Shown: piece by piece, positions 36,179 through 44,727 of the stretch
How the letters are laid out: each line of letters starts with the position of its first letter
Position numbering within the stretch: the stretch's first letter is position 1
Origin: Candidatus Woesebacteria bacterium
GTDB taxonomy: Bacteria > Patescibacteriota > Saccharimonadia > Saccharimonadales > EFPC-124
Length of the DNA stretch: 64,000 nt
Direction: 5' to 3'
NCBI GenBank assembly: GCA_050115675.1
Contig: JASFQB010000005.1
Location: forward strand, 22,556 to 86,555
Translations under genes and position numbers: made by a program
The notes under the pieces: model-generated
What the model was told of the DNA's origin: nothing
Seen by the model: the letters and a program-made list of their open reading frames with translations, nothing else
Databases searched by the model: none

Positions 36179-36255
36179 TGGTGGGCCCTAGAGGACTCGA
36201 ACCTCTGACCCCTTCCACGTCAAGGAAGCGCTCTAGCCAACTGAGCTAAGAGCCC
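36179..36255 (-). tRNA. tRNA-Val (anticodon GAC)
   Basis: Reverse complement gggctct..., anticodon stem cttcc/ggaag with loop ttGACgt, T loop ttcgagt, CCA encoded. Confidence 0.85.
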
Positions 36256-36454
36256 ATAATTACATCTGTAATACTACGATAAAAACCGACGATAATCAAG
36301 TGGAGGCATTGCTACAAAGCCTGATAAGAGGTAAAATAATTAACGATATGATCATAAGAGCTACTGCGAACGTGCGAACTACAACCCCGTAGGGGGGTAT
36401 TTATTCTTTTCTAAAATTTTTGAACAGACCAATAATTCGTACAAAGGAAGCGTT

Positions 36455-38275
36455 ATGGAAGAAAGAAAAAACATCGATATTATGCGTCACTCAATGGCGC
36501 ATATCACCGCGGCGGCAGTCCTTAAATTGTGGCCAGAGGCAAAGCTGGGTGTGGGTCCAGTAGTCGATAATGGTTACTACTATGATATTGACCTAGGTGA
36601 TAAAAAGATATCTGAAGACGATTTTGCCCGCATAGAAAAACAAATCAGTAAAATAATTGGGGAGGACTTGCCATTTGAGCGGATCACTATGTCAATTGAC
36701 GATGCCATCGATTGGGCAAAAAATAGCGGGCAAATCTACAAGCTAGAGCTACTAAACGATCTTAAGCGTGCAGGAACCACAGTTGCTAAGGATTTAGACG
36801 CATCAGAGCTTGGGTTGGAGTCTGAAGACGAGTCAAAAGTTAAAGAAGTGACTTTTTACAAAAATGGTGATTTTATGGACTTGTGTCGTGGCCTTCATAT
36901 TGCAAGCACGGGCAAGGCCGGTGCATTTAAGCTGATGAAAGTGGCTGGTGCGTACTGGAGAGGAAAAGAAACTAATCCTCAGATGCAGCGCCTATACGGT
37001 GTGGCCTTTGCTACCAAAGAGGAGCTTGAAGCTTATCTAAAAGCCTTAGAGGAAGCGAAATTACGCGATCACAGACTTTTAGGCAAGCAACTTGACCTGT
37101 TTGCGTTCTCTGACTTAGTTGGTCCAGGCTTGCCTTTGTTTACTCCAAGAGGAACAATTGTGCGTAACCTATTAAAGGCCATGCTAACGCAGTCAGCAAA
37201 AAAGTACGGGGGCGAAGAAGTTGGTATCCCGCATATTGCCAAGCGTGAGCTCTACGAAATATCTGGTCACGCCTATAAATTTACAGAAGAACTTTTTTCA
37301 GTAGATAGCCATTACGATATTGATTTTGTAATGAAGCCTGTAAACTGCCCACATCACACTCAAATTTTTGCTTCGCGTCCACGCAGCTATAAAGAACTTC
37401 CTGTAAACTATATGGAATCTACTATGCAGTATCGCGACGAAAAACCTGGCCAAATTGGCGGCCTTACTCGCGTTAGAGCTATCACTGTGGACGACGGGCA
37501 CGTTTTTTGCACGACAGAGCAAATAAAAGACGTAGTGCGCGATTTTTGCAAATTAATAAAAGATTTTCATTCTAGTTTGGGTATGTATGGAGATCATTGG
37601 GTATCGCTTTCTGTCAGAGATGATAATCGCGAGGCGTACATTGGAGATCCTGCTGACTGGGATTTGGCAGAACAAATGCTGTCTGACATGGCAGAGGAGC
37701 AAGGGCTTAATGCTAGGCGTATGGAAGGTGAAGCGGCGCTTTATGGTCCAAAACTAGATTTCATGTATAAGGACGTCTTAGGTAATGAGCGACAGCTTTC
37801 CACTGTACAGCTTGATTTTGCTACTCCTAAAAGGTTCGGTCTAAAATATATCGATCAAAATGGCGAAGACGCTGTGCCAGTAATGATACATCGAGCTATT
37901 TTGGGTTCGTACGAACGCTTTATGGCTATTTTACTAGAAAAAACTGCTGGCTGGATGCCGTTTTGGCTGGCACCAGAGCAAGTTCGCGTACTTGCTATTA
38001 ATGAAGAAGTTGCAGGCTACGTCAAAGAGGTTAAGCAGGTGCTTGACGAGTGTGTAGTTATGGAGCCACTTAAATACAATGAGGTTCGTTCTACTGTTGA
38101 TACACGTAATGAATCCTTGGGGCGCAAAATTAGGGACGCGCTTGAGCTTAAAGTCCCAGTTTTGATTATTGTTGGGTCGCGTGATCAAGGCGCACGGCAA
38201 GTAAGTGTCCGAACGCGAGATGGCGAAAAGGCAGTGCCTCTAGATGAATTGAAGTCGTTAATACAACAAATGTAA
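36455..38275 (+). CDS. thrS: Threonine--tRNA ligase (no N-terminal TGS domain)
   Basis: Begins at the editing-domain motif 'RHSMAHITAAAVLKLWP'. Class II motifs ('FRDE'-type 'QYRDEKPG', 'GLTRVRAITVDDGHVF') and an anticodon-binding C-terminus. Confidence 0.92.
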   Translation: MEERKNIDIMRHSMAHITAAAVLKLWPEAKLGVGPVVDNGYYYDIDLGDKKISEDDFARIEKQISKIIGEDLPFERITMSIDDAIDWAKNSGQIYKLELLNDLKRAGTTVAKDLDASELGLESEDESKVKEVTFYKNGDFMDLCRGLHIASTGKAGAFKLMKVAGAYWRGKETNPQMQRLYGVAFATKEELEAYLKALEEAKLRDHRLLGKQLDLFAFSDLVGPGLPLFTPRGTIVRNLLKAMLTQSAKKYGGEEVGIPHIAKRELYEISGHAYKFTEELFSVDSHYDIDFVMKPVNCPHHTQIFASRPRSYKELPVNYMESTMQYRDEKPGQIGGLTRVRAITVDDGHVFCTTEQIKDVVRDFCKLIKDFHSSLGMYGDHWVSLSVRDDNREAYIGDPADWDLAEQMLSDMAEEQGLNARRMEGEAALYGPKLDFMYKDVLGNERQLSTVQLDFATPKRFGLKYIDQNGEDAVPVMIHRAILGSYERFMAILLEKTAGWMPFWLAPEQVRVLAINEEVAGYVKEVKQVLDECVVMEPLKYNEVRSTVDTRNESLGRKIRDALELKVPVLIIVGSRDQGARQVSVRTRDGEKAVPLDELKSLIQQM

Positions 38276-39192
38276 TGAATTGTTCCAACAGAGAAGTTGT
38301 TAAAAAAACCACAAAGTCGATAATACCTCTTGTTGTTGTGGTTGGTCCAACTGCCAGTGGCAAGTCGTCACTGGCAATGAGAATAGCTCAAAAATACAGT
38401 GGCGAAATCATCTGCGCAGACTCGCGTACGGTTTACAAAGGTATGGATATTGGTACGGCTAAGCCTACCGACGAAGATAGGACTAAGGTTCGCCATCATA
38501 TTTTAGATTTGGTTGAGTTGAACAGTAATTTTAGTGCTGCGAACTTTAAGTCTTTAGCTGAAAAATCAATTAAAGAAATATCGGAGCGTAGAAACGTCCC
38601 AATTATTGTTGGCGGTACGGGCTTGTATGTTGATTCTGTTTTGTTTGATTACAGATTTGGTAAAGTCTCAAATTCAAACGAAAGGTTGGTACTTGAGCAA
38701 AAAAGCATTAAAGAACTGCAAAGTCTTTGCACTAAAAAAGATATTATACTTCCAGAAAACAGCAAGAACAGAAGACACCTTATTAGGGCGTTAGAGAATA
38801 GGGGTTTGATTAAGCAAGATCGATGTATTCGTGACAACACGATTGTAGTAGGAATCTCTACAGAAAGAGACATCTTGCGCTCTAGGATAAGAGGTCGTAT
38901 TGAGCAAATGTTTGCTGCTGGAATCATTGATGAGGTCAAAAAACTTGTGCAAAAATACGGCTGGGAATCAGAGGCAATGACGGGGGACATATACAGGTCT
39001 TGCCGTGACATCATTAAAGATGGTGTCAGTGTCGAAGGCGCAATTGAGGATTGTGTGCGACGCGATATGGCCTTGGCAAAGCGTCAAATGACTTGGTTCA
39101 AGCGTAATAAAAGTATTATCTGGAGTGACAGTCTAGCATACTTAGAAGACGAAGTTGATCGGTTTGTTGATGACTTAGTGCATAAAAATTGA
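38275..39192 (+). CDS. miaA: tRNA dimethylallyltransferase
   Basis: 'VVVGPTASGKSSLAMRIA...EIICADSRTVYKGMDIGTAKPT'. The start shares the A of the thrS stop codon. Confidence 0.9.
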   Translation: MNCSNREVVKKTTKSIIPLVVVVGPTASGKSSLAMRIAQKYSGEIICADSRTVYKGMDIGTAKPTDEDRTKVRHHILDLVELNSNFSAANFKSLAEKSIKEISERRNVPIIVGGTGLYVDSVLFDYRFGKVSNSNERLVLEQKSIKELQSLCTKKDIILPENSKNRRHLIRALENRGLIKQDRCIRDNTIVVGISTERDILRSRIRGRIEQMFAAGIIDEVKKLVQKYGWESEAMTGDIYRSCRDIIKDGVSVEGAIEDCVRRDMALAKRQMTWFKRNKSIIWSDSLAYLEDEVDRFVDDLVHKN

Positions 39193-39250
39193 TCAAAACT
39201 GAACAATTTTTGCTACAATAATAGATGATACAGAAGAGGGTCTAGTATAC

Positions 39251-39847
39251 ATGATCGATGCATTATTCGGTTCAAAAACACGCGTCAAATTGCTGCATCT
39301 ATTTTTGAATAATCCAAACAGGGCATTTTACGTAAGAGAAATAACTCGCAAAATCGACGAGCAGATTAACTCTGTGCGCAGAGAGCTTGCAAATATGCTT
39401 AATGTTGGAATTATAAAAAGTGACAGCTCAAATAATAGGTTGTACTATGAGGTCAATCAAAAGTATGCACATTACGAGCCGTTGCGTGCAATATTCGCAG
39501 ATGGCAACATTCGTAGCGAGACAGCTTCACTGAGCGAGTCAGGTGACTGGTCTAAGCGTTTGAAACTACTTGGCGATGTCAGGATAGCTTTGTTGGGTGG
39601 CAAGCTTGTTAGGGGCAGCTCGGGCGAGCTAGACGTCTTGCTGGCGGGAGATATAAATAAGACACAAGCCAAACGCTTTATCAAAGAGATGGAGGAAGAG
39701 GAGCGTGCTGCGTTAAACTATACGGTAATGTCGTACGAAGATTTTTACTATCGTTTAAGCATAAAAGACAGATTTGTCATGGAAATTGTTAACGACAAAT
39801 TTACAACAATACAGGACACAGAGGGTGTTTTGTCTCAAGGAATATAA
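39251..39847 (+). CDS. Winged-helix (ArsR/MarR-like) DNA-binding protein with C-terminal domain of unknown function
   Basis: 'FGSKTRVKLLHLFLNNPNRAFYVREITRKIDEQINSVRRELANMLNVGIIK' looks like a wHTH. Confidence 0.5.
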   Translation: MIDALFGSKTRVKLLHLFLNNPNRAFYVREITRKIDEQINSVRRELANMLNVGIIKSDSSNNRLYYEVNQKYAHYEPLRAIFADGNIRSETASLSESGDWSKRLKLLGDVRIALLGGKLVRGSSGELDVLLAGDINKTQAKRFIKEMEEEERAALNYTVMSYEDFYYRLSIKDRFVMEIVNDKFTTIQDTEGVLSQGI

Positions 39848-39862
39848 CAGAAAGGGTTTATT

Positions 39863-40492
39863 GTGGATATTGATTACAAAGGCGGAAATTGCATAACGAT
39901 TGCTGTAAAAAAGACACTGCTTTGTGTTGATCCAAAGTTATCAGAGCTAGGTCTTAAGAGCCAGACAGCAAGGGTGACTGCGCAATTATGCACTCAGCAT
40001 CAATTTAAGGTTGAATCTGATGAATCTATCGTCATTGACGGTCCAGGTGAGTACGAAGTAGAGAATATCTCTATAAAAGGCATTCCTGCACAGTCTCATA
40101 TAGATACCAAAGACACTCCTAAGACGGCAACAGTATACAGGGTGGATGCGAATGATTTAAGCGTAGCGATTGTTGGACATATTTATCCAGAATTATCAGA
40201 AGCTCAGCTAGAGGCGATTGGTGTGGTCGACGTGCTTGTTCTCCCTGTAGGTGGTAATGGTTATACTCTGGACTCAATTGGTGCAGTAAAAGTTGTTAAG
40301 ATGATTGATCCTAAGGTTGTTATACCTACTCATTATGCAGAGAATGGTGTAAATTACCCGATTCCTCAAGCTGATGTGGATGGATTTATTAAAGACTTGA
40401 GTGCCCCTGTTGAAGTAATGACAAAGGCGAAACTCAAGCCAGGCGGACTTCCAGAGGCTTTGACCATTTACCATATTACGCGAACAGCGTAG
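39863..40492 (+). CDS. MBL-fold (Lactamase_B_3/UPF0173-like) protein, metal motif degenerate
   Basis: The layout 'ITIAVKK..LLCVDP ... VDVLVLPVGG ... VVIPTHY' resembles MBL-fold hydrolases, but no HxHxDH is visible. GTG start. Confidence 0.45.
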   Translation: MDIDYKGGNCITIAVKKTLLCVDPKLSELGLKSQTARVTAQLCTQHQFKVESDESIVIDGPGEYEVENISIKGIPAQSHIDTKDTPKTATVYRVDANDLSVAIVGHIYPELSEAQLEAIGVVDVLVLPVGGNGYTLDSIGAVKVVKMIDPKVVIPTHYAENGVNYPIPQADVDGFIKDLSAPVEVMTKAKLKPGGLPEALTIYHITRTA

Positions 40493-40557
40493 GTTGGTAT
40501 CAAAACAAAGATCACCCCACATAGGTAAGGTGATCTTTGTTTTGAGTTGCTTAGTCG

Positions 40558-40779
40558 CTACTTTTCAGTGTTTTTGGTAACGGCAGGGGTAAGAATGCCT
40601 TTTTTCTTAAGAACTCGAATAGCCTGAGCGCTTAAGTGCATAGTGATCTTTTGACCATCTACAACAAAGGTCTTCTTTTGTAAGTTGGGTTTCCAGACTT
40701 TTTTAGTGTGCCTTTGTGAAAAGCTCACGTTGTGGCCATATTGTTTACCCTTACCGGTAAGTTCGCAAGTTGATGCCAT
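40558..40779 (-). CDS. rpmB: 50S ribosomal protein L28
   Basis: 'CELTGKGKQYGHNVSFSQRHTKKVWKPNLQKK' matches L28. Confidence 0.9.
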   Translation of the reverse strand: MASTCELTGKGKQYGHNVSFSQRHTKKVWKPNLQKKTFVVDGQKITMHLSAQAIRVLKKKGILTPAVTKNTEK

Positions 40780-40851
40780 AATTATTAAATCTCTTTTACA
40801 GTCTTATATATACTACTGTTTTATGTCGTTCAAGTCAAGATCTGTTTAAGA

Positions 40852-40860
40852 TGCTATAAT
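40852..40860 (+). promoter_or_regulatory. Extended -10 element TGcTATAAT giving a leaderless or near-leaderless mRNA
   Basis: TGCTATAAT ends 7 nt before ATG 40868, and there is no SD. Confidence 0.5.
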
Positions 40861-40867
40861 AAAGCTT

Positions 40868-41494
40868 ATGACCGATTTTAATCTTTTTTACCTTTTTATA
40901 GTTTTGCTGTCTATTTTAGTGTCTATGACGCTGCATGAAGCCATGCATGCCTACATGGGTTACTGGCTAGGTGACGATACGGCTAAAATGCAAGGGAGGC
41001 TTACATTGAACCCTTTGGCGCATATTGACCCAGTTACTACTGTGGCATTGCCGCTTTTTTTGGTAATGCTTGGTGCACCGCCCTTTGGTGCGGCAAAGCC
41101 AGTGCCGTTTAACCCAAATAGGGTTAAATATGGAGATTATGGCGCGGCGCTAGTTGCCTTAGCTGGCCCGCTAACTAATTTATTTTTGGCTGTAATCGCA
41201 GGTTTGGCTCTTAGATTTTTGGGACAGGGTATGGATTCTGTAATTGTAGGAATAACGTACGTGTTTGTCGTAGTTAACGTCAGTTTTTTTGTTTTTAATA
41301 TGATTCCGTTTCCTCCTTTGGATGGTTCTCGTGTATTGTATGCATTTGCTCCTGATGGATTTAGATCTGTTATGGAACGCATAGAGTCTATGGGATTTAT
41401 GGCGATAATGTTATTTATGCTATTGTTTTATGCGGTCTTGATTGAGCCATTCTCTAGAATTATTAGCTACATCATATATCTACTGATAGGCTAA
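40868..41494 (+). CDS. Site-2 protease family zinc metalloprotease (peptidase M50)
   Basis: 'LHEAMHAYMGYWLGDDTAKMQGRLTLNPLAHIDP' (HExxH), polytopic, 'PLDGSRVL'. Confidence 0.8.
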   Translation: MTDFNLFYLFIVLLSILVSMTLHEAMHAYMGYWLGDDTAKMQGRLTLNPLAHIDPVTTVALPLFLVMLGAPPFGAAKPVPFNPNRVKYGDYGAALVALAGPLTNLFLAVIAGLALRFLGQGMDSVIVGITYVFVVVNVSFFVFNMIPFPPLDGSRVLYAFAPDGFRSVMERIESMGFMAIMLFMLLFYAVLIEPFSRIISYIIYLLIG

Positions 41495-41678
41495 CAAAAC
41501 AGATATTGGGGTGATATAATATAACTGTTCTTCTGTGGCCAGGATGGTTGTATTTTCCTGAATGACGATTCCTAGGGAGCTCAAATGGCTGTGTTTTGAG
41601 GAATGCAGATGAGGGCACCCACTTTGTATAAAAGCGGGAATTAGGCGCCATCCTGGTTTGCAGAGGGCGTGTGCTTGC

Positions 41679-41756
41679 CGGGGTGTGGCGCAGTTTGGCT
41701 AGCGCGCACGGCTGGGGGCCGTGAGGTCGCAGGTTCAAGTCCTGTCATCCCGACCA
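41679..41756 (+). tRNA. tRNA-Pro (anticodon GGG)
   Basis: Acceptor cggggtg/catcccg (C1-G72, as in bacterial tRNA-Pro), anticodon stem cacgg/ccgtg with loop ctGGGgg, T arm gcagg-ttcaagt-cctgt, CCA encoded. Confidence 0.85.
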
Positions 41757-41784
41757 CACTTATTTTTCTAACAAGAGGAAAGCT

Positions 41785-42612
41785 ATGCAGCAAAGGATCA
41801 CTGTTGGTATGGTAGTGCAGAGTGGATCAGCTCTTTTGCTACTAAAGAGTATGCAAGGACGCTATAGTTTGCCTTTAGTCGGACTTGACGTTGGAGATGA
41901 CCCGAATGATATCTTATCGTCAGAAGTAAAGAAGGTATTTGGGGCGGAAAATGTGCGCGATACTGCGGTATGTGGTGTTTTTTCAAACATAGATAAATCT
42001 AAAAATGAGCAGACAATAACAATTGTTTATAGCGTAAAGGCGTCCAATGGGCAGCCAGCATGTAGTGGTGAGTGGATAGAGTTGTCAAAAAAACAATCCT
42101 ACAAAGTAGATAATTTGTCAGAAATAATAATAAACAAATGCGTTGTTAAGCCAGTAACGAGGGTGACGAGTGAAGAGAACACGGTGCATGATGTAGATAA
42201 AACAACTAGCGGTCGCGTAATGATATCGACGGATGGTGGATCTCGCGGCAACCCTGGGCCATCGGCGTCGGGTTTTGTAATACTTAACGATAGTGAAGAG
42301 ACGATTTACGAGGGCGGTAAATATTTAGGTATCACAACGAACAACCAAGCTGAGTATCAAGCTGTAAAGCTAGCACTAGAAAAGGCTTTGGAGTTGGGTG
42401 CGCGAGTGGCAGAATTTAAGATAGATAGCCTTCTTATTGTTAATCAGATGTCGGGGATTTATCAGATAAAAAACAGGGACCTTTGGCCGATATATACAAA
42501 TATAAAAGATCTTATTAGCAAGTTTGACAAAGTAACATTTAAGCACGTCCCCAGAGAACTAAATAAAGAGGCTGACGCAATGGTAAACAGGATTCTTGAT
42601 GAGCGTAAGTAG
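41785..42612 (+). CDS. rnhA: RNase HI domain fused to an about 140-aa N-terminal domain of unknown function
   Basis: The C-terminal half 'ISTDGGSRGNPGPSASGFVI...TNNQAEYQAVKLALE...IDSLLIVNQM...KHVPRELNKEADAMVN' carries the DEDD residues of type 1 RNase H. Confidence 0.75.
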   Translation: MQQRITVGMVVQSGSALLLLKSMQGRYSLPLVGLDVGDDPNDILSSEVKKVFGAENVRDTAVCGVFSNIDKSKNEQTITIVYSVKASNGQPACSGEWIELSKKQSYKVDNLSEIIINKCVVKPVTRVTSEENTVHDVDKTTSGRVMISTDGGSRGNPGPSASGFVILNDSEETIYEGGKYLGITTNNQAEYQAVKLALEKALELGARVAEFKIDSLLIVNQMSGIYQIKNRDLWPIYTNIKDLISKFDKVTFKHVPRELNKEADAMVNRILDERK

Positions 42613-42644
42613 TCTTATCGGGCGAATTGTAGTATAATTATGTG

Positions 42645-43036
42645 GCAGATTGCTGAACAGTCACTTGGTCGCAAGGCTAAGAGGAAAGTCCGGGCAGCAA
42701 AGAGCAAGACAGTCGCTAACCGCGACCGGAGGCAACTCTAGGGAAAGTGCCACAGAAACGAAACCGCATATTTATATGTAAGGGTGAAAGGAGTGGGCCT
42801 GCCTTTGTGCAGGATAGTCCTAAGGTTTATACTTGGGACGAATGTAAGAGCCCACAGCTGGGTATGGTGACATGCTCAGGAGGTAAACCCTGTCTGCTGC
42901 AAGGAGGTCTGTTTTCGTCTTTATGGCGTAGCTGCTCGCTAAACAGGCCGATTAACCGCTAGACTATGCAAGCAATTGCTTTTAGCTAGATAGATGACTG
43001 TTCTCGACAGAACCCGGCTTATAGGTAGTCTGCAAC
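42645..43036 (+). ncRNA. rnpB: RNase P RNA (bacterial type A)
   Basis: Universal 'GAGGAAAGTCCGGGC' (42681-42695), 'ACAGAACCCGGCTTATAGG' near the 3' end, and a P1 stem gcagattgct/aggtagtctgc. TATAAT at 42633-42638. Confidence 0.9.
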
Positions 43037-43037
43037 T

Positions 43038-43065
43038 AAAAAACCTGGCATTTGTCAGGTTTTTT
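43038..43065. terminator. Bidirectional terminator between rnpB and rplT
   Basis: aaaaaacctg / caggtttttt stem. Confidence 0.7.
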
Positions 43066-43087
43066 AGTTTATACCAGTATTCTAAAA

Positions 43088-43432
43088 TTACTTTTTAGCG
43101 GCTTCTACGACTGCAGCAAAGGCTTTTGGCTGTGTAGCTGCAAGCTCAGCAAGGATTTTACGGTCAACGCTGATGTTGTTTTTTTTAAGTCCAGCAATCA
43201 GATGTGCGTAGGTTGTTCCGTTTTCGCGAGCGGCAGCGTTAATGCGGCTGATCCAGGTAGATCGCAGATCGCGCTTTTTGTTTCGGCGGTCACGATATGC
43301 GTATTGAAATGCCCGAATTACAGCTTGCTTTGCTAGGCGGTAAGAACGTCGTCTTGCGGCCTGCATTCCCTTGGCAAGCTTTAAAATCTTCTTGTGCTTT
43401 CGGTGGGCGGTGACGCCTCTTTTAACTCTCAT
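43088..43432 (-). CDS. rplT: 50S ribosomal protein L20
   Basis: '[22 protein letters not shown]...' matches L20. Confidence 0.92.
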   Translation of the reverse strand: MRVKRGVTAHRKHKKILKLAKGMQAARRRSYRLAKQAVIRAFQYAYRDRRNKKRDLRSTWISRINAAARENGTTYAHLIAGLKKNNISVDRKILAELAATQPKAFAAVVEAAKK

Positions 43433-43436
43433 TTAT

Positions 43437-43631
43437 TTAAACTCCTAGTGCTTGTTTTACGTTCTTGGCGATTTTGCCAGAGATCGTTGTATTAACGGCA
43501 GTGGCTCGCTTTCGTGCGGCGCTTTTTTTCTGGTTAAAATGCTTGTCGCCGGCGCGAAGGCGCATAATTTTACCATTGCGGGTAATTCGAATGCGCTTAC
43601 TCAGCCCGCTGTGTTTCTTTAGCTTTGGCAT
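43437..43631 (-). CDS. rpmI: 50S ribosomal protein L35
   Basis: 'MPKLKKHSGLSKRIRITRNGKIMR' matches L35. Confidence 0.9.
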   Translation of the reverse strand: MPKLKKHSGLSKRIRITRNGKIMRLRAGDKHFNQKKSAARKRATAVNTTISGKIAKNVKQALGV

Positions 43632-44142
43632 TGGTGATGTTACTCCTTACTACTATGCTCAGGTTCTTGCCAGCCATTTGGGCTTTTTGGTCAACAACCG
43701 CAACGTCGCTTAATTTTTGAATAATTCGTTCTAGCAATTTGTATCCAAGCTCAGTATGTGCCATTTCTCGTCCTCTGAAGAAGATAAGAATTTTAACTTT
43801 GTGGCCATCGTTTAGAAAGCCCGCAATTTTTCGTAGCTTGATATCAAGGTCGTTTGCGCCGATTTTAAGACCCAGTCGCATCTGCTTAATTTCGCTAATT
43901 TTAGCATTTTTGCGATTTCGCTGCTGCTCTTTTGTCTTTTGGTAATTATATTTACCCCAATCAACTATACGAACAACAGGTGGGTTGGCGTTTGGTGATA
44001 TCTCGACCAAGTCAAGGTCATACCGTCTGGCCTCTGAAAGTGCATCTATTCTAGAAAGCACACCTATCTGGTCACCGTCAGGACCGATGACGCGAAGTTC
44101 CGAAGCTCTAATTGCCTCATTGATCCGAACTGGTTTACTAAT
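43597..44142 (-). CDS. infC: Translation initiation factor IF-3, ATT start codon
   Basis: The track ORF begins mid-protein. The frame stays open upstream to ATT at 44142, preceded by AGGAG + 7 nt. This gives 'ISKPVRINEAIRASELRVIGPDGDQIGVLSRIDAL...', 181 aa. Confidence 0.85.
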   Translation of the reverse strand: MSKPVRINEAIRASELRVIGPDGDQIGVLSRIDALSEARRYDLDLVEISPNANPPVVRIVDWGKYNYQKTKEQQRNRKNAKISEIKQMRLGLKIGANDLDIKLRKIAGFLNDGHKVKILIFFRGREMAHTELGYKLLERIIQKLSDVAVVDQKAQMAGKNLSIVVRSNITNAKAKETQRAE

Positions 44143-44297
44143 AAGGTTACTCCTTGTGTCACGATTATTGTTTCGGTACTAATTCTATCAAATAAAGTTA
44201 TAGTTTTCAAGAGAAACCGAGCAGGTGAGGGTAGCTTTTGTCTGAAATAAGCGATTAATGGGGGTAATTACATTTGTGTCTGTGATAAAATGCGCTT

Positions 44298-44721
44298 ATG
44301 AAATTATATTTTGTTCGGCACGGACAGACCAATGGCAACGCAAGCAATGGAAAGAAATCTGAAGCGCGCGATTCAAACTGCTGAGGCGATCAATAGATAT
44401 CACAGTATGAAGATCAAAGTGGACGAGGCATGGCGAGAGCGAGAAGCTGGGGTCTATGTTGATGCAGATATGTGGCGAGACTTGTTTGATTTTAGTAAAA
44501 ACATCAAGCTCGACGGTATGGAGCCGCTAAATGACTTTTTTGAAAGGGTGAGCGTGGCTATAGATAAATTAAAAAATGAGCATGCCGACCAGTCTGTATT
44601 TGTAGTGTCTCACGGAGGTACTCAGTACGTATTGCACGCCTGCGCAAATAAACTGCCATTGTCTGGAAGTATCATTGCTAGCCCTATAAAAAACTGTGAA
44701 TTCAGGCAATATAACATCTAG
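44298..44721 (+). pseudogene. Histidine-phosphatase (phosphoglycerate-mutase-like) gene with 5'-proximal frameshift/deletion
   Basis: ATG 44298 encodes 'MKLYFVRHGQTNGNASNG...' (RHG catalytic motif) but stops after 28 codons. The rest ('ERNLKRAIQTAEAI...VVSHGGTQYVL') continues in the +1 frame (track ORF 44311-44721). Confidence 0.55.
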
Positions 44722-44727
44722 GACAAT

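Noticed and set aside
36256-36454. T-box riboswitch or attenuator upstream of thrS. The leader is about 200 nt with a small hairpin (accccgtaggggggt) followed by a T-rich tract at about 36384-36410.
   Set aside because: I could not find the T-box consensus (…GGGUGGNACCGCG…), a specifier-loop architecture or a convincing antiterminator alternative. The hairpin has only 4-5 bp. The evidence is insufficient.
41533-41663. Possibility that the hairpin element upstream of tRNA-Pro is SRP (4.5S) RNA or 6S RNA.
   Set aside because: Neither strand contains the near-universal SRP helix-8 sequence (…GGUCCGGAAGGAAGCAGC…, GNAR loop). The only similarity is a short GCAGATGA string. The fold lacks the large central bubble and length expected of 6S. 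I keep it only as an unassigned candidate.
42747-43336. ORFs 42747-42962 (+) and 43052-43336 (+).
   Set aside because: The first lies inside RNase P RNA. The second is antisense to rplT and spans a terminator. Neither has a RBS or recognisable motifs.
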